NCBI GenBank assembly: GCA_016930795.1
Contig: JAFGFY010000057.1
Location: 1 to 55,942 of the forward strand
From: Deltaproteobacteria bacterium
Lineage (GTDB): Bacteria; Desulfobacterota; DSM-4660; Desulfatiglandales; HGW-15
Direction of reading: 5' to 3'
Length of the DNA: 55,942 nt
Shown here: piece by piece, positions 19,103 to 28,283 of the stretch
How positions within the stretch are numbered: the first letter of the stretch is position 1
How the letters are laid out: every line of letters begins with the position of its first letter
Translations under genes and position numbers: made by a program
Notes under the pieces: model-generated
Told to the model about the DNA's origin: nothing
Seen by the model: the letters and a program-made list of their open reading frames with translations, nothing else
Database searches by the model: none

Positions 19103-20932
19103 TCAGACTGCCTCCAGAGCGCCTCTATCCGAGGAAGATGCCGCTTCTGAGGGAGCGGTTGCCTCTTGCATGGCCAGGTTTTTAAGTTCGTAGAGGATGT
19201 CGGTCACCTTTACCCCTTGAGGGCAGTGTTCCTGACACTGATAGCAGGTGACGCAATCCCATAACATGTTGGACCCAAGCGCCAAATCCCTCAATCCTAA
19301 TCCAAGTGCACGCATGATTTGATGCGGCAAAAGACCAAGAGTCTCTTCAGGGTCTGCATAATTTCCCACGACCGGGCAGACGGTAGTGCAATTCTCACAG
19401 GAGTAACAATAGACAAAGGTTCTGGCCTGTAGGGAAAGCGCTGCCTTGTCTTTGAATGCGCGGTTCACTGGTGTTAGGGGAATCAGTTCTTCAGGTCTCT
19501 TGACCAACTCGCATGCATCCGCAATGGCTGCCTTTGATCGACGCAACGGGTTCGGATAGGATTCGGGATCAAGATCGTGTCGATCCACGCCTCGATAGAA
19601 AGAGAGCTGAGAGAGCACAAGGGGCACTGGCCGCCCTTTTTGAATCATCTCCTCTTTCACGGTGAACCACAAATCCCTCAGGTTGATACCCACTGGACAA
19701 ACCACCGTACAGCGATCGCAATTGGTGCAGAGATAAACCCCTTCCTGAATCTCTCTGAGCGTCCTGTCATCCAGAGCTCGTCGTGCCACATATTTCTTGA
19801 GGGAAACCATTTTTTCCGACGGAAGAATATTCATGTTGCCGATCTTCCGGAAAGCCACCGCCACCGAGCATCGTCTGCTGCAAGTTCCGCAATGAGTACA
19901 GGCGTCAAGCTCCATGACCTGACGCGTGACGATATTCGCCGGATCGGATTTCTCTTTGTCCATAACGGCGTTGGCCAGGAGGCTGACCGGACTGGCAAAA
20001 ACGTGGAACATCTTGCTGAAGGGAAGGTAGGCCAGGCCAAAAAAACATGCCAACACATGAAGATACCAAAAGATAGTGGAGGCATGGGCATGATCCAACC
20101 CCAAAGCCACCGGCTTGATGATTTTGGCCACTGCATATCCCGTAAAGGCTGACTGCGGTCGAGAATGACAGGCTTCGCAGTTGTACTCATGTACTTCTTT
20201 GCCTTGCTCCAATATCTGTTTATCAAATGGGGCTCTCACAGAGGGGGAAACTAGGGCGAATTCCTTGACCCACAAAGACTCAAGGGCTCTAAGCTCTGAT
20301 TCATCGTCTGTATCAGCGTAGTCTTCAACCATTCTTGTGTATGCATGATAGGAGGTTATTTTGGTGGCCTCGAGAAGAACACCCGATAACATGATCATAG
20401 CAAGGATGATAATGGCGTAACGATCCATTGGATCGGTCTTAAGACGCGGTACCTTCATGACGATTCGCCGAATGATGGCGATCCCGATCCCCACGATGAC
20501 CAGAAAACCGAAGAAATCCCTCAGGAACATGAATGGATTAAGGGTGGACTCATAGTCCCGAAAAAGGGCCTCGGTCACAATCCCATCCAGAGCGTGCAAG
20601 AAAAGAAGCAAAATAAAGCCGGCATAGATGAGCATGTGCATGATCCAACGAAGAAAATCCTCTTTCAATACCCTGATCTGAAAGACCGCGTCGACAACAA
20701 AAACCTTGATTAGTATGAAAAGCTTCAAACTGAACAACGTTCTCAGGAGCCCTTTGATGGCAGCAGCGAGCCTGGTGGAGGCCGGGATATCGCCGCCGCT
20801 CACTCCGATACTGTGCCGGAACCAGTTGGAGATTTTGTAGATCATGCCAAGAAAAAAAATGATAAGTGACGCATAGAGCGCGATATCGAATAACATGAGT
20901 TTAAGCCCCTTGATAAGATAATCGCGAGACAT
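19103..20932 (-). CDS. membrane-anchored HdrC-like protein: six-helix NarI/HdrE/DsrM-like domain fused to two 4Fe-4S dicluster domains
   Basis: 609 aa. Six hydrophobic helices with His residues, and CEACH in the helix 5-6 loop. C-terminal motifs: CTHCGTCSRRC, CTNCDRCTVVCP, CYSCENCTTVCP, CVTCYQCQEHCP. Confidence 0.75.
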   Translation of the reverse strand: MSRDYLIKGLKLMLFDIALYASLIIFFLGMIYKISNWFRHSIGVSGGDIPASTRLAAAIKGLLRTLFSLKLFILIKVFVVDAVFQIRVLKEDFLRWIMHMLIYAGFILLLFLHALDGIVTEALFRDYESTLNPFMFLRDFFGFLVIVGIGIAIIRRIVMKVPRLKTDPMDRYAIIILAMIMLSGVLLEATKITSYHAYTRMVEDYADTDDESELRALESLWVKEFALVSPSVRAPFDKQILEQGKEVHEYNCEACHSRPQSAFTGYAVAKIIKPVALGLDHAHASTIFWYLHVLACFFGLAYLPFSKMFHVFASPVSLLANAVMDKEKSDPANIVTRQVMELDACTHCGTCSRRCSVAVAFRKIGNMNILPSEKMVSLKKYVARRALDDRTLREIQEGVYLCTNCDRCTVVCPVGINLRDLWFTVKEEMIQKGRPVPLVLSQLSFYRGVDRHDLDPESYPNPLRRSKAAIADACELVKRPEELIPLTPVNRAFKDKAALSLQARTFVYCYSCENCTTVCPVVGNYADPEETLGLLPHQIMRALGLGLRDLALGSNMLWDCVTCYQCQEHCPQGVKVTDILYELKNLAMQEATAPSEAASSSDRGALEAV

Positions 20933-21407
20933 CCTTTCATTATCTTTTCATATTGGAGGTCTCCGCGTCAATCCGCCGGAGGCGGAAAAATCCGCGGAAT
21001 TGGACACTTCTGCACAGTCCATTCTATATAGAACTCATGAAAGCTTGTCAATGGCCTATTCCATCCCTGATCCATCATCAAGACGTTATCTCCGAATGAA
21101 CACCACCCGTGAACTGATATTATATGAGGCTCCCCATGGGGATATACCATACCACCTAATTTAAAGGTTGAAAAAAATCCCGTCACGTGTTAAAAAGGAT
21201 CTCCTAGTTGACACATATAAAAGATTCACATGTTTTTGGATTGAGGATTGAGTCATAGATCGAGTCTATGGAAAAACGGCCGGGCTTAAGGCCAGCCAAC
21301 AAAAACGTCTACAAAATCTTTACCGCCGCAAGATATCCAATCACGAGATCATATCCCATGACCTGACCCGCCAGTTATCTTCCCTTTCATTTGAGATTAA
21401 ACGACAG

Positions 21408-22919
21408 GTGGCCCTTTTAGTGACCCGACGGGGAAAGGTGGCCTATGTTATCGTTGGAGATAATAAGCGGATCGAGATTCCTGATCTTCAAAGGGTCAGG
21501 CTGGGAGTCGGCCGACTCAAGGGACTGAGGTGCATCCATACTCACCTGAATAAGGAACCCCTCTCAAAGGAAGACATCACGGACCTGGTTCTTCTGGCTC
21601 TCGACCTGATGGTCTCCATCCAGGTGGATGAGAAGGGAATTCCCGGCCCCATTTCTTATGCTCATATTTTACCGAAAAACCATCGTGCCCAGGGATGGCA
21701 TGCCACCACTGTTCCTGATATCGGGCAACTCAACACGGACTTCCTAGCGCTCATCCAATCCCTTGAAGATGAGTTGATGAGAACAGATGGAAGCCAGAAA
21801 ACATATGAAAAAGAGAGGGCCGTGTTGGTTGGGGTGACTTCCGGGTCGACTTGGAGGGCACAGGAATCGTTGGATGAGCTTCAGGACCTTGCCGAGTCAA
21901 ACGATCTGGAGGTGGTAGATACAGTTGTCCAGCATGTTAAAAAGGCCAATCCCCGTCTATTGATCGGAAAAGGGAAACTGACCGACCTGGTCCTTCGGTG
22001 CCTTCAGATCGGCTCCAATCTGTTGGTGTTCGACAAAGAACTCACGCCGGCTCAAGTCAAAAGCCTGACGGACGCCACCGAGTTGAAGATTATCGACCGA
22101 AGCCAGCTCATCCTTGACATCTTCTCCAGAAGAGCCGTTACAAAAGAGGGGAAGATCCAGGTGGAACTGGCCCAGTTGAAGTATATGCTGCCCAGACTTG
22201 CCACAAAAAATACGGCCATGTCACGGCTGACAGGCGGTATTGGAGGACGAGGTCCCGGTGAGACCAAATTGGAAATTAACCGACGGCGAGTCAGGGAACG
22301 CATCACCCGACTCAACAGAGAACTCAAACAGATCGGACGTCAGCGCGGAGACCGACGCAGACTCAGGAACGCAAAAAAACTGCCTGTCCTCTCCATCGTG
22401 GGATATACCAATGCAGGCAAATCGACCCTCCTCAACGCTTTGACCCATAGCCAAGTGGCGGTGGGCGACCGCCTCTTTGAAACGTTGGACCCAAGCAGTC
22501 GGCGACTACGGTTTCCCCGTGAACGGGAAGTCATTATTACGGATACGGTCGGTTTTATCAGAGACCTTCCCGAGGCTCTGATGGAGGCCTTTGCCGCAAC
22601 GCTTGAGGAACTCCACGATGCCGATCTCTTGCTCCATGTTGTGGATGCAAGCAGCCCCAGAATGGAAGAGCAGATAAAGGCCGTGGAGACCGTCCTGGCT
22701 AATCTGGGGTTGAGAAGCATCCCGTCTCTTCTTGTCTTAAACAAATGCGACCGCCTCGATCATTCTGAGACTGCCGCTCTAACCAGAAACACTAAAGGGA
22801 CAACGATCTCTGCCCTTAATCCCAAGACCTTTTCCGGTCTCCTTGATCAAATTGAGCAGACTATTTGGCCGCACTTCGCCACCCCTTTGATTTCAGTTGA
22901 GAACCATCCTTTGTTATAA
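21408..22919 (+). CDS. hflX: GTPase HflX (the annotated GTG start probably truncates the N-terminus; see findings)
   Basis: G1 GYTNAGKSTLLN, DTVGF, NKCD. An HflX-type N-terminal domain continues upstream of 21408 in the same frame. Confidence 0.9.
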   Translation: MALLVTRRGKVAYVIVGDNKRIEIPDLQRVRLGVGRLKGLRCIHTHLNKEPLSKEDITDLVLLALDLMVSIQVDEKGIPGPISYAHILPKNHRAQGWHATTVPDIGQLNTDFLALIQSLEDELMRTDGSQKTYEKERAVLVGVTSGSTWRAQESLDELQDLAESNDLEVVDTVVQHVKKANPRLLIGKGKLTDLVLRCLQIGSNLLVFDKELTPAQVKSLTDATELKIIDRSQLILDIFSRRAVTKEGKIQVELAQLKYMLPRLATKNTAMSRLTGGIGGRGPGETKLEINRRRVRERITRLNRELKQIGRQRGDRRRLRNAKKLPVLSIVGYTNAGKSTLLNALTHSQVAVGDRLFETLDPSSRRLRFPREREVIITDTVGFIRDLPEALMEAFAATLEELHDADLLLHVVDASSPRMEEQIKAVETVLANLGLRSIPSLLVLNKCDRLDHSETAALTRNTKGTTISALNPKTFSGLLDQIEQTIWPHFATPLISVENHPLL

Positions 22920-23883
22920 TCAGACTTTCATACTGCGGAAGAGAATCACTGAACCGGATCCCCTGATCAGGTCCCATCACAAGGACGGCTGTAGCAAGGG
23001 CGTCCGCGTCCATGGTCTTCGGACCCATCACCGAAACACTTGAGGTTTGTTCCGGAGAGAGGCCTGTTTTGGGATTGACGATATGGTGGAACCTTCGATC
23101 CCAGTCATAGAAGTTCTCATAATCCCCTGAGGTGGCAATGGCCCCTTCGTTCATATGGACGATATCTGGATAGTCCTTCCCCTTTTGGGGATCTTGAATC
23201 GCTACAGCCCACGGTCTCTGACCCCCCTTAGATCCCATGGTCCGAATATCACCACCGGCATTAATTAAATGGTCTTTGATGCCAAGGCTCGCTATCATCT
23301 CTGAGGCCCTATCCACGGCATAGCCTTTGGCGATCCCGTCCAGGGTGATTCCCATACCAGGCTTTTTGAACCGAACGCTCCGTCCTTCAAGCTCAATCTG
23401 ATGGGAATCTACAAGCGCCAGGGCCTCCTTGAGTTCCCTTTCCATGGGAAGGACCTCTTTCCCATGGTCCATTTTCTTCTCGAAAAGGTCCACGACCGGT
23501 TTGACGGAAATGTCAAAACTCCCCCCGGTGAGTTGATGATGATATAGTCCTCCTGAAATCACTTCAATCATTTCAGGGGGGGCGTCCTCGATAACCCCTT
23601 CACGGTTTAGACGGGCCACGGGCGTGCTCTCATCAAATCGATCCATCAGGTCCGCCAGTCTATCAATCTCTTTAAAAACCCTGTCTATTGTTTCCTCGGC
23701 TTCATCCTGGGAAGTGTGCATCAGGGTCATGGTTACAAATGTCCCCATGGCCATCCGCGTCTCAGATACTCGGTGCAAGTTCTTTCTAAACCCGCATCCG
23801 TGGGAGGCGACAGAAAGGATACCCATCGATGCCGTGCCCGCGACCAGCAGTCCGGAGAGTTTGATAAAGGATCTACGATTCAT
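22861..23883 (-). CDS. apbE: FAD:protein FMN transferase ApbE, Tat-signal lipoprotein
   Basis: MNRRSFIKLSG...ASHGC signal/lipobox; GIAKGYAVD and SGDYE motifs. Confidence 0.9.
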   Translation of the reverse strand: MNRRSFIKLSGLLVAGTASMGILSVASHGCGFRKNLHRVSETRMAMGTFVTMTLMHTSQDEAEETIDRVFKEIDRLADLMDRFDESTPVARLNREGVIEDAPPEMIEVISGGLYHHQLTGGSFDISVKPVVDLFEKKMDHGKEVLPMERELKEALALVDSHQIELEGRSVRFKKPGMGITLDGIAKGYAVDRASEMIASLGIKDHLINAGGDIRTMGSKGGQRPWAVAIQDPQKGKDYPDIVHMNEGAIATSGDYENFYDWDRRFHHIVNPKTGLSPEQTSSVSVMGPKTMDADALATAVLVMGPDQGIRFSDSLPQYESLIITKDGSQLKSKGWRSAAK

Positions 23884-23914
23884 TGTTCGCTGCCGTTTCC
23901 ACCATGATCGATCA

Positions 23915-24922
23915 TTATATACTCACCGCGTCTTCTTTGATATCTGGAGAATAGATTCGTAATCCTTCATAGCCTGCAAATAATAGGGCTAGGGCCAACA
24001 CCGGAAGGAAGTTGACAGCATGAACCACCGCGGCATATGAAAGCGCCGGACTCTCAGGCACGGCGAACATGGCCAGTGATATCTGACACAAAAAATGGTA
24101 TAGGCCCACATACCCGGGAGAGGAAGGCACCACCACGCTAATGGTCGTAATGACAAGGAGGATGAGACCGGTATACCAGGGGAGATGGTATATTTTTATG
24201 AAATCAAAGGCTTGAAAACAGACATAGAACACAAAAGCATAGCAGATCCAAATAGACACAGAGACAAGAACGACTACGGCATAATCACCCCGTCGCTTCA
24301 ACGGAAGGATACCTGAAAAGAACCGCTCTGTACTCCCCATGATTCTGGCTCCAAACCGCTCGGGGACCGCTTTCAGGATGATGTGAAGAAAATGATCGGT
24401 TTTTTTGTCAAATTTTTTAAAGAGAACCAAGAAAACAAACAGGCCAAGGGCAGCGGCAAACATGATGTATCCGCTTTTGACGACCCACTCCGGAAATGGA
24501 TGGAGCAAGACAGCCAGGAACATGAGCACAAGCAATGAGAACACATCGATGATGCGTTCCATCACGATGGTCGCAAAAACAGATCCCACAGGGATTTTGT
24601 GCTTTTGACTCAAGACATAGGCACGTAAAAACTCACCCAAATGAGCGGGCATGGCCATATTCGCCCCATAGCCGATCATGAGTGCGGAGAATAGGCTGGG
24701 GATATCCACGCGTTTTACGGGATCAAGGAGAAAGCGCCATCGAAAGGCACGCAGAAAGTGACTGAAAAAAATGATGAAAGTGGCAGGCAGTAAAAACCAA
24801 TAATTGGCGCTTTTGAGAGAATCCCACATCTGACCAAACTCGACCTCTCTAAAGGCCAGATACAGGAACAGGACACCCACGAGCAGTCCTGCCCAGAGTT
24901 TCCAGTTCAAAGACTTTATCAA
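23915..24922 (-). CDS. flippase-like / lysylphosphatidylglycerol-synthase TM-domain (UPF0104) membrane protein
   Basis: 335 aa with about 8 TM segments. The FLRAFRWRFLL...GYGANMAMPAHLGEFLRAY pattern matches that family. Confidence 0.7.
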   Translation of the reverse strand: MIKSLNWKLWAGLLVGVLFLYLAFREVEFGQMWDSLKSANYWFLLPATFIIFFSHFLRAFRWRFLLDPVKRVDIPSLFSALMIGYGANMAMPAHLGEFLRAYVLSQKHKIPVGSVFATIVMERIIDVFSLLVLMFLAVLLHPFPEWVVKSGYIMFAAALGLFVFLVLFKKFDKKTDHFLHIILKAVPERFGARIMGSTERFFSGILPLKRRGDYAVVVLVSVSIWICYAFVFYVCFQAFDFIKIYHLPWYTGLILLVITTISVVVPSSPGYVGLYHFLCQISLAMFAVPESPALSYAAVVHAVNFLPVLALALLFAGYEGLRIYSPDIKEDAVSI

Positions 24923-25866
24923 GTTTTCAGTCCTTTAAAAAGGGTTTGCTTCAATGTCCTTGCCTGCTCGATGTCTTGAGTGATCCTGTCTGACAATTCT
25001 TTCACATCACGAAAAGTCTTTTCATCTCTAATCCGCTGAATAAACTTGATCTCAATCATCTTGCCAACAATATTCTCAGAAAAGTCGAGCAGATGAGCCT
25101 CAATGGATAGGGCGTCATCGCCGAATGTGGGATTGTATCCGATATTGGCCACACCACAGTAGTCCTTATCATCGACCCTCACGGTGACTGCATACACCCC
25201 CTTCTTGGGGATCAATTCGTCTACAGGTTTGAGGTTGGCAGTGGGAAAACCCAGGAGTCTCCCACCCCTCCCTTTTCCTTTAACCACAGTCCCGTAGATC
25301 TGATAGTCCCGGCCCAATAACTTCTTTGCAGCGACAAGGTTCCCTTGCTGAATGAATTTTCTGATGGAGGTGCTTGATACCACGGCGTCATCCAGATGGA
25401 TGGGATCTGTCACATGTACTCTGAAACCCAGTTTGTCCCCCATTTCTCTCAGAAGAGAGACATCCCCTTGGCGCTTATACCCAAACGTGTAATCGTAGCC
25501 TACCACGATCTCCCTTACCCCAAGTCTATCCATAAGGATATCGTGGACAAAATCCTCTGCTGACATGGACGCGAATTCAAGGGTAAAAGCGAGGCAGATA
25601 ATGACATCTATTCCGGTATTCGAAATCAACTTCAACTTCTGTTCAATAGGTGTGATGAGAGGAGGTCCGTTTCCCGGGCTCATGACCTTTATGGGATGCG
25701 GGTCAAAGGTCAGGACGACTGATTGACCATTGATAGCCTTTGCCCTCTCCATCACCTTATCAAAAAGGGCTAAATGCCCCCTATGAACACCATCAAAATT
25801 CCCTATGGTCAGGACGGGGTTCCTGAGAGGTCCTGTCAATTCATTGAGATCATAGACAATTTGCAT
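24919..25866 (-). CDS. ribF: bifunctional riboflavin kinase / FMN adenylyltransferase
   Basis: TIGNFDGVHRGH, GFPTANL, PTFG motifs. 4-nt overlap with the downstream gene. Confidence 0.95.
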   Translation of the reverse strand: MQIVYDLNELTGPLRNPVLTIGNFDGVHRGHLALFDKVMERAKAINGQSVVLTFDPHPIKVMSPGNGPPLITPIEQKLKLISNTGIDVIICLAFTLEFASMSAEDFVHDILMDRLGVREIVVGYDYTFGYKRQGDVSLLREMGDKLGFRVHVTDPIHLDDAVVSSTSIRKFIQQGNLVAAKKLLGRDYQIYGTVVKGKGRGGRLLGFPTANLKPVDELIPKKGVYAVTVRVDDKDYCGVANIGYNPTFGDDALSIEAHLLDFSENIVGKMIEIKFIQRIRDEKTFRDVKELSDRITQDIEQARTLKQTLFKGLKT

Positions 25867-25978
25867 TGAAAAACCTTCCCCACAGAAAAGACTCTTATAG
25901 AATCAAGTTGAGTTCTGTCTTGACAAAATGAGACTTGTAATATAAGTATTTGTGAAAAAAATATCAACTCGTTTCCTC

Positions 25979-26065
25979 GCCGAAGTGGCGGAACTGGTAG
26001 ACGCGCTAGGTTCAGGGTCTAGTGCCCGCAGGGGTGTGCGAGTTCGAGTCTCGCCTTCGGCACCA
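25979..26065 (+). tRNA. tRNA-Leu (anticodon CAG), type II with long variable arm, CCA encoded
   Basis: Acceptor GCCGAAG/CTTCGGC; anticodon stem CTAGG/TCTAG with loop TTCAGGG; variable arm TGCCCGCAGGGGTGT; T-arm GCGAG-TTCGAGT-CTCGC; 3' ACCA. Confidence 0.93.
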
Positions 26066-26100
26066 TTTTTGGAGCATCCGGTGTCTTAAATTCGAACCGA

Positions 26101-26142
26101 ACAAGGCTTTTGAGCGCTATCACGCTTAAAAGTCTTGTTTTT
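26101..26142 (+). terminator. rho-independent terminator after tRNA-Leu
   Basis: 16-bp stem ACAAGGCTTTTGAGCG / CGCTTAAAAGTCTTGT with a 6-nt loop, then TTTT. Confidence 0.7.
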
Positions 26143-26269
26143 CGGGCCACTCCTCTTGTCCATTTCCCATCTACTCAGCCCATCCCGCCGTTATTTCACT
26201 CTCCCGTGTGCTGACGATGGGCTTTTCATTCAGAAAACCCAGACTTGCCACTCTTTTTACACTTAAAAC

Positions 26270-26298
26270 TTGACAAGAATTCTTATTTTTGCTAAATT
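26270..26298 (+). promoter_or_regulatory. sigma70 promoter of exported-protein paralog 1
   Basis: TTGACA-17 nt-TAAATT. The same block recurs at 28667. Confidence 0.6.
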
Positions 26299-26365
26299 TA
26301 AATAATATTCATAAGTGACCATAGACCTTAAATCCGAGAGGGGGCGTATGGAAGAATCATAGGGA

Positions 26366-26397
26366 CCCAATTTCTCACCTGAGAAATTGGGTTTTTT
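26366..26397 (+). terminator. intrinsic terminator inside the 5' leader of paralog 1
   Basis: CCCAATTTCTC-ACCT-GAGAAATTGGG followed by TTTTTT, 33 nt upstream of the start codon. Confidence 0.65.
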
Positions 26398-26429
26398 GTC
26401 CTGCGCCATATTCGGGAGGGGCTTATCAT

Positions 26430-26912
26430 ATGACATATACCGGAATCAGGTGGGGAGGTTTGATTTTCATCCTCGTGATTGTATTTTCTCAACCTGCGAG
26501 GGCCTTTCAAAACGAGCCCAATGATTTCAGAGGGATAGAGTGGGGGACAAATTATCATGAGCTCAAAGGCTTTACCAAAGTCTCTACTCAGGATCCTCTC
26601 GAGTATTACACCAAAAAAAATGAGGACATGTCCATGGGGGATGCCCGTCTTGCAATGGTCGTCTACGTTTTCTATAAAAAGAAACTCTGCGGGGCGGTAT
26701 TGGATTTCAAATCCCCCTCAAACTTCCAGACTATTAAAGCGGTTTTGTCTGATTGGTATGGGAAAGGCTATCAGGCAAACAGGTACGAGGATAAATATAG
26801 ATGGTCCGGCACGAATGTCAGCATAACCCTTGAATATGATGATATCACCCAAAAGGGACAGGTCGTATACTACTTTATTCCCATCTACGAAATAATACAA
26901 AGAGCGAATTAA
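26430..26912 (+). CDS. exported protein of unknown family, paralog 1 (160 aa)
   Basis: Signal peptide ending PARA-FQ and a GGGAGGGG RBS. Roughly 55 percent identical by eye to the ORF at 28826..29344 (NEPND.RGIEWG, VVYVFY...CGAVL.F.S, YRWSG..V.ITLEYDD.TQKG). Confidence 0.8.
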   Translation: MTYTGIRWGGLIFILVIVFSQPARAFQNEPNDFRGIEWGTNYHELKGFTKVSTQDPLEYYTKKNEDMSMGDARLAMVVYVFYKKKLCGAVLDFKSPSNFQTIKAVLSDWYGKGYQANRYEDKYRWSGTNVSITLEYDDITQKGQVVYYFIPIYEIIQRAN

Positions 26913-27059
26913 AGACGCAATAGGTAGAAGCGTCTTTTACGTTTCTGAGATACTTGTCTATTACGCTTGGTCCCCAATCGTGATCCTCAGGCCGATGAAT
27001 CGATATCCGTCAGAAAAGCCCGTCAAATGATGAACGGGCAAGATTTACGGCTCTTCCCA

Positions 27060-28283
27060 CTAAGGCAAACTTGCCCACTTCGTCTTAATGTCTTCCAGAT
27101 TTTTTGAAAGAGACCCATCACTGTAGGTTGAAATGGCTTTTTGGAGCATCTCTTTGGCTACAGATATGCGATTCGCCTTCTCAAAGTCGTAGTGAATCGC
27201 GTAATAAATGACTGATTTGTTCCCCTGGTTAACCGTATCATACGCATCTTCAAACCGGGAATCCGCTATATAGGCCTTGGCTAAGTGCACAATAGCCCAG
27301 CTGTTGTCCGGGCGAAGGCTTAGATACTTCTCATAGAGAGGGATGGCCTTCTTGGAATCACCGGCGGCCATATAGTATTCAGCGGCCAGACGGCAATGCA
27401 CATAAAGTGCACCCGGAGATGGGCAATTCTGCATCGCCTCTTCCAGGGCAGAGACCGCCTCCTCTTTGCGCTCCATATCCGTCAACAAACCGACGAGGGC
27501 ATCCCATGCGTCGAGATAGGCCGGGTAGTTCTGAACCGCTTCTCGGTATTTGATTATGGCGGCCTCTCTATCATTTTCGCGGAGCTGATCTGCCTCCTCT
27601 TTCACGTATTCCGCTCTGTCGAATTGTTGGCGATCTTCCAACGCCAGTTGGGCAACACGTTGAAGACCCTCGGGGCCGGAGCTGGCATAATACTCTAGAC
27701 CAGGGTATCCGTAATGGCCTTCAATCCGATCAAATGGCTTTTCCTTCCTCGAATCCAAAACCGCTTTCTCGTTTCCGTACTCTCTTTCAACAATGATTCG
27801 AGTCGAGGCTTCCTCTCCTGAGTCTGGCATGAAAATTTCAACGATCGTTTCACCGATATCAATGATGGGAGCATTCGCCTCGTGCCGCGAGCTGAAGTGA
27901 ATAAACATGTTTCCTGTTGCATCGGTTTCCAGATCGGGTGGAGGAACAATGATAGGGATCGGTGGAAAATCGGGGTCCTGGATGGATGTCACCCGATATA
28001 GACCATCTAGAGGCTGATCAGCCAGATAGAAGTACCCGTCTTTGTCAGTCCCAGCCTTAATCATTCTTTGTGAGTAGTCGTCTTTCACGCAGGCAATCTC
28101 GATTTCAAACCCGTTACTCTGATGCCCAGCCATTCCAGGCATTCCTCCCTTTTCTTCTGGGCCTCCTTCCGGCATTGTCATCTTATAACTCACGTGTCCG
28201 ACCACGTAGCCGGTCTCCGCCGCTAGACCTGCAAGAGGGCAAAAGAGCAGTATGGATGTAAAAAGCACTAAAACCCTCTTCAT
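27060..28283 (-). CDS. exported TPR-repeat protein with N-terminal beta-sandwich-like region
   Basis: 407 aa with a signal peptide (CPLAGLAAE). The C-terminal half contains TPR-like repeats (AIIKYREAVQNYPAYLDAWDALV, AIPLYEKYLSLRPDNSWAIVHLAKAY). Confidence 0.75.
   Translation of the reverse strand: MKRVLVLFTSILLFCPLAGLAAETGYVVGHVSYKMTMPEGGPEEKGGMPGMAGHQSNGFEIEIACVKDDYSQRMIKAGTDKDGYFYLADQPLDGLYRVTSIQDPDFPPIPIIVPPPDLETDATGNMFIHFSSRHEANAPIIDIGETIVEIFMPDSGEEASTRIIVEREYGNEKAVLDSRKEKPFDRIEGHYGYPGLEYYASSGPEGLQRVAQLALEDRQQFDRAEYVKEEADQLRENDREAAIIKYREAVQNYPAYLDAWDALVGLLTDMERKEEAVSALEEAMQNCPSPGALYVHCRLAAEYYMAAGDSKKAIPLYEKYLSLRPDNSWAIVHLAKAYIADSRFEDAYDTVNQGNKSVIYYAIHYDFEKANRISVAKEMLQKAISTYSDGSLSKNLEDIKTKWASLP

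Noticed and set aside
20933-21250. Sigma54-like TTGGACACTTCTGCAC in the hdr/hflX divergent region.
   Set aside because: The GG-to-GC spacing is two nucleotides too short for a -24/-12 promoter.
22861-22919. 59-nt convergent overlap between the hflX 3' end and the apbE 3' end.
   Set aside because: Both C-termini are poorly conserved tails. The overlap may simply reflect late stop codons. Nothing in the sequence suggests regulation.
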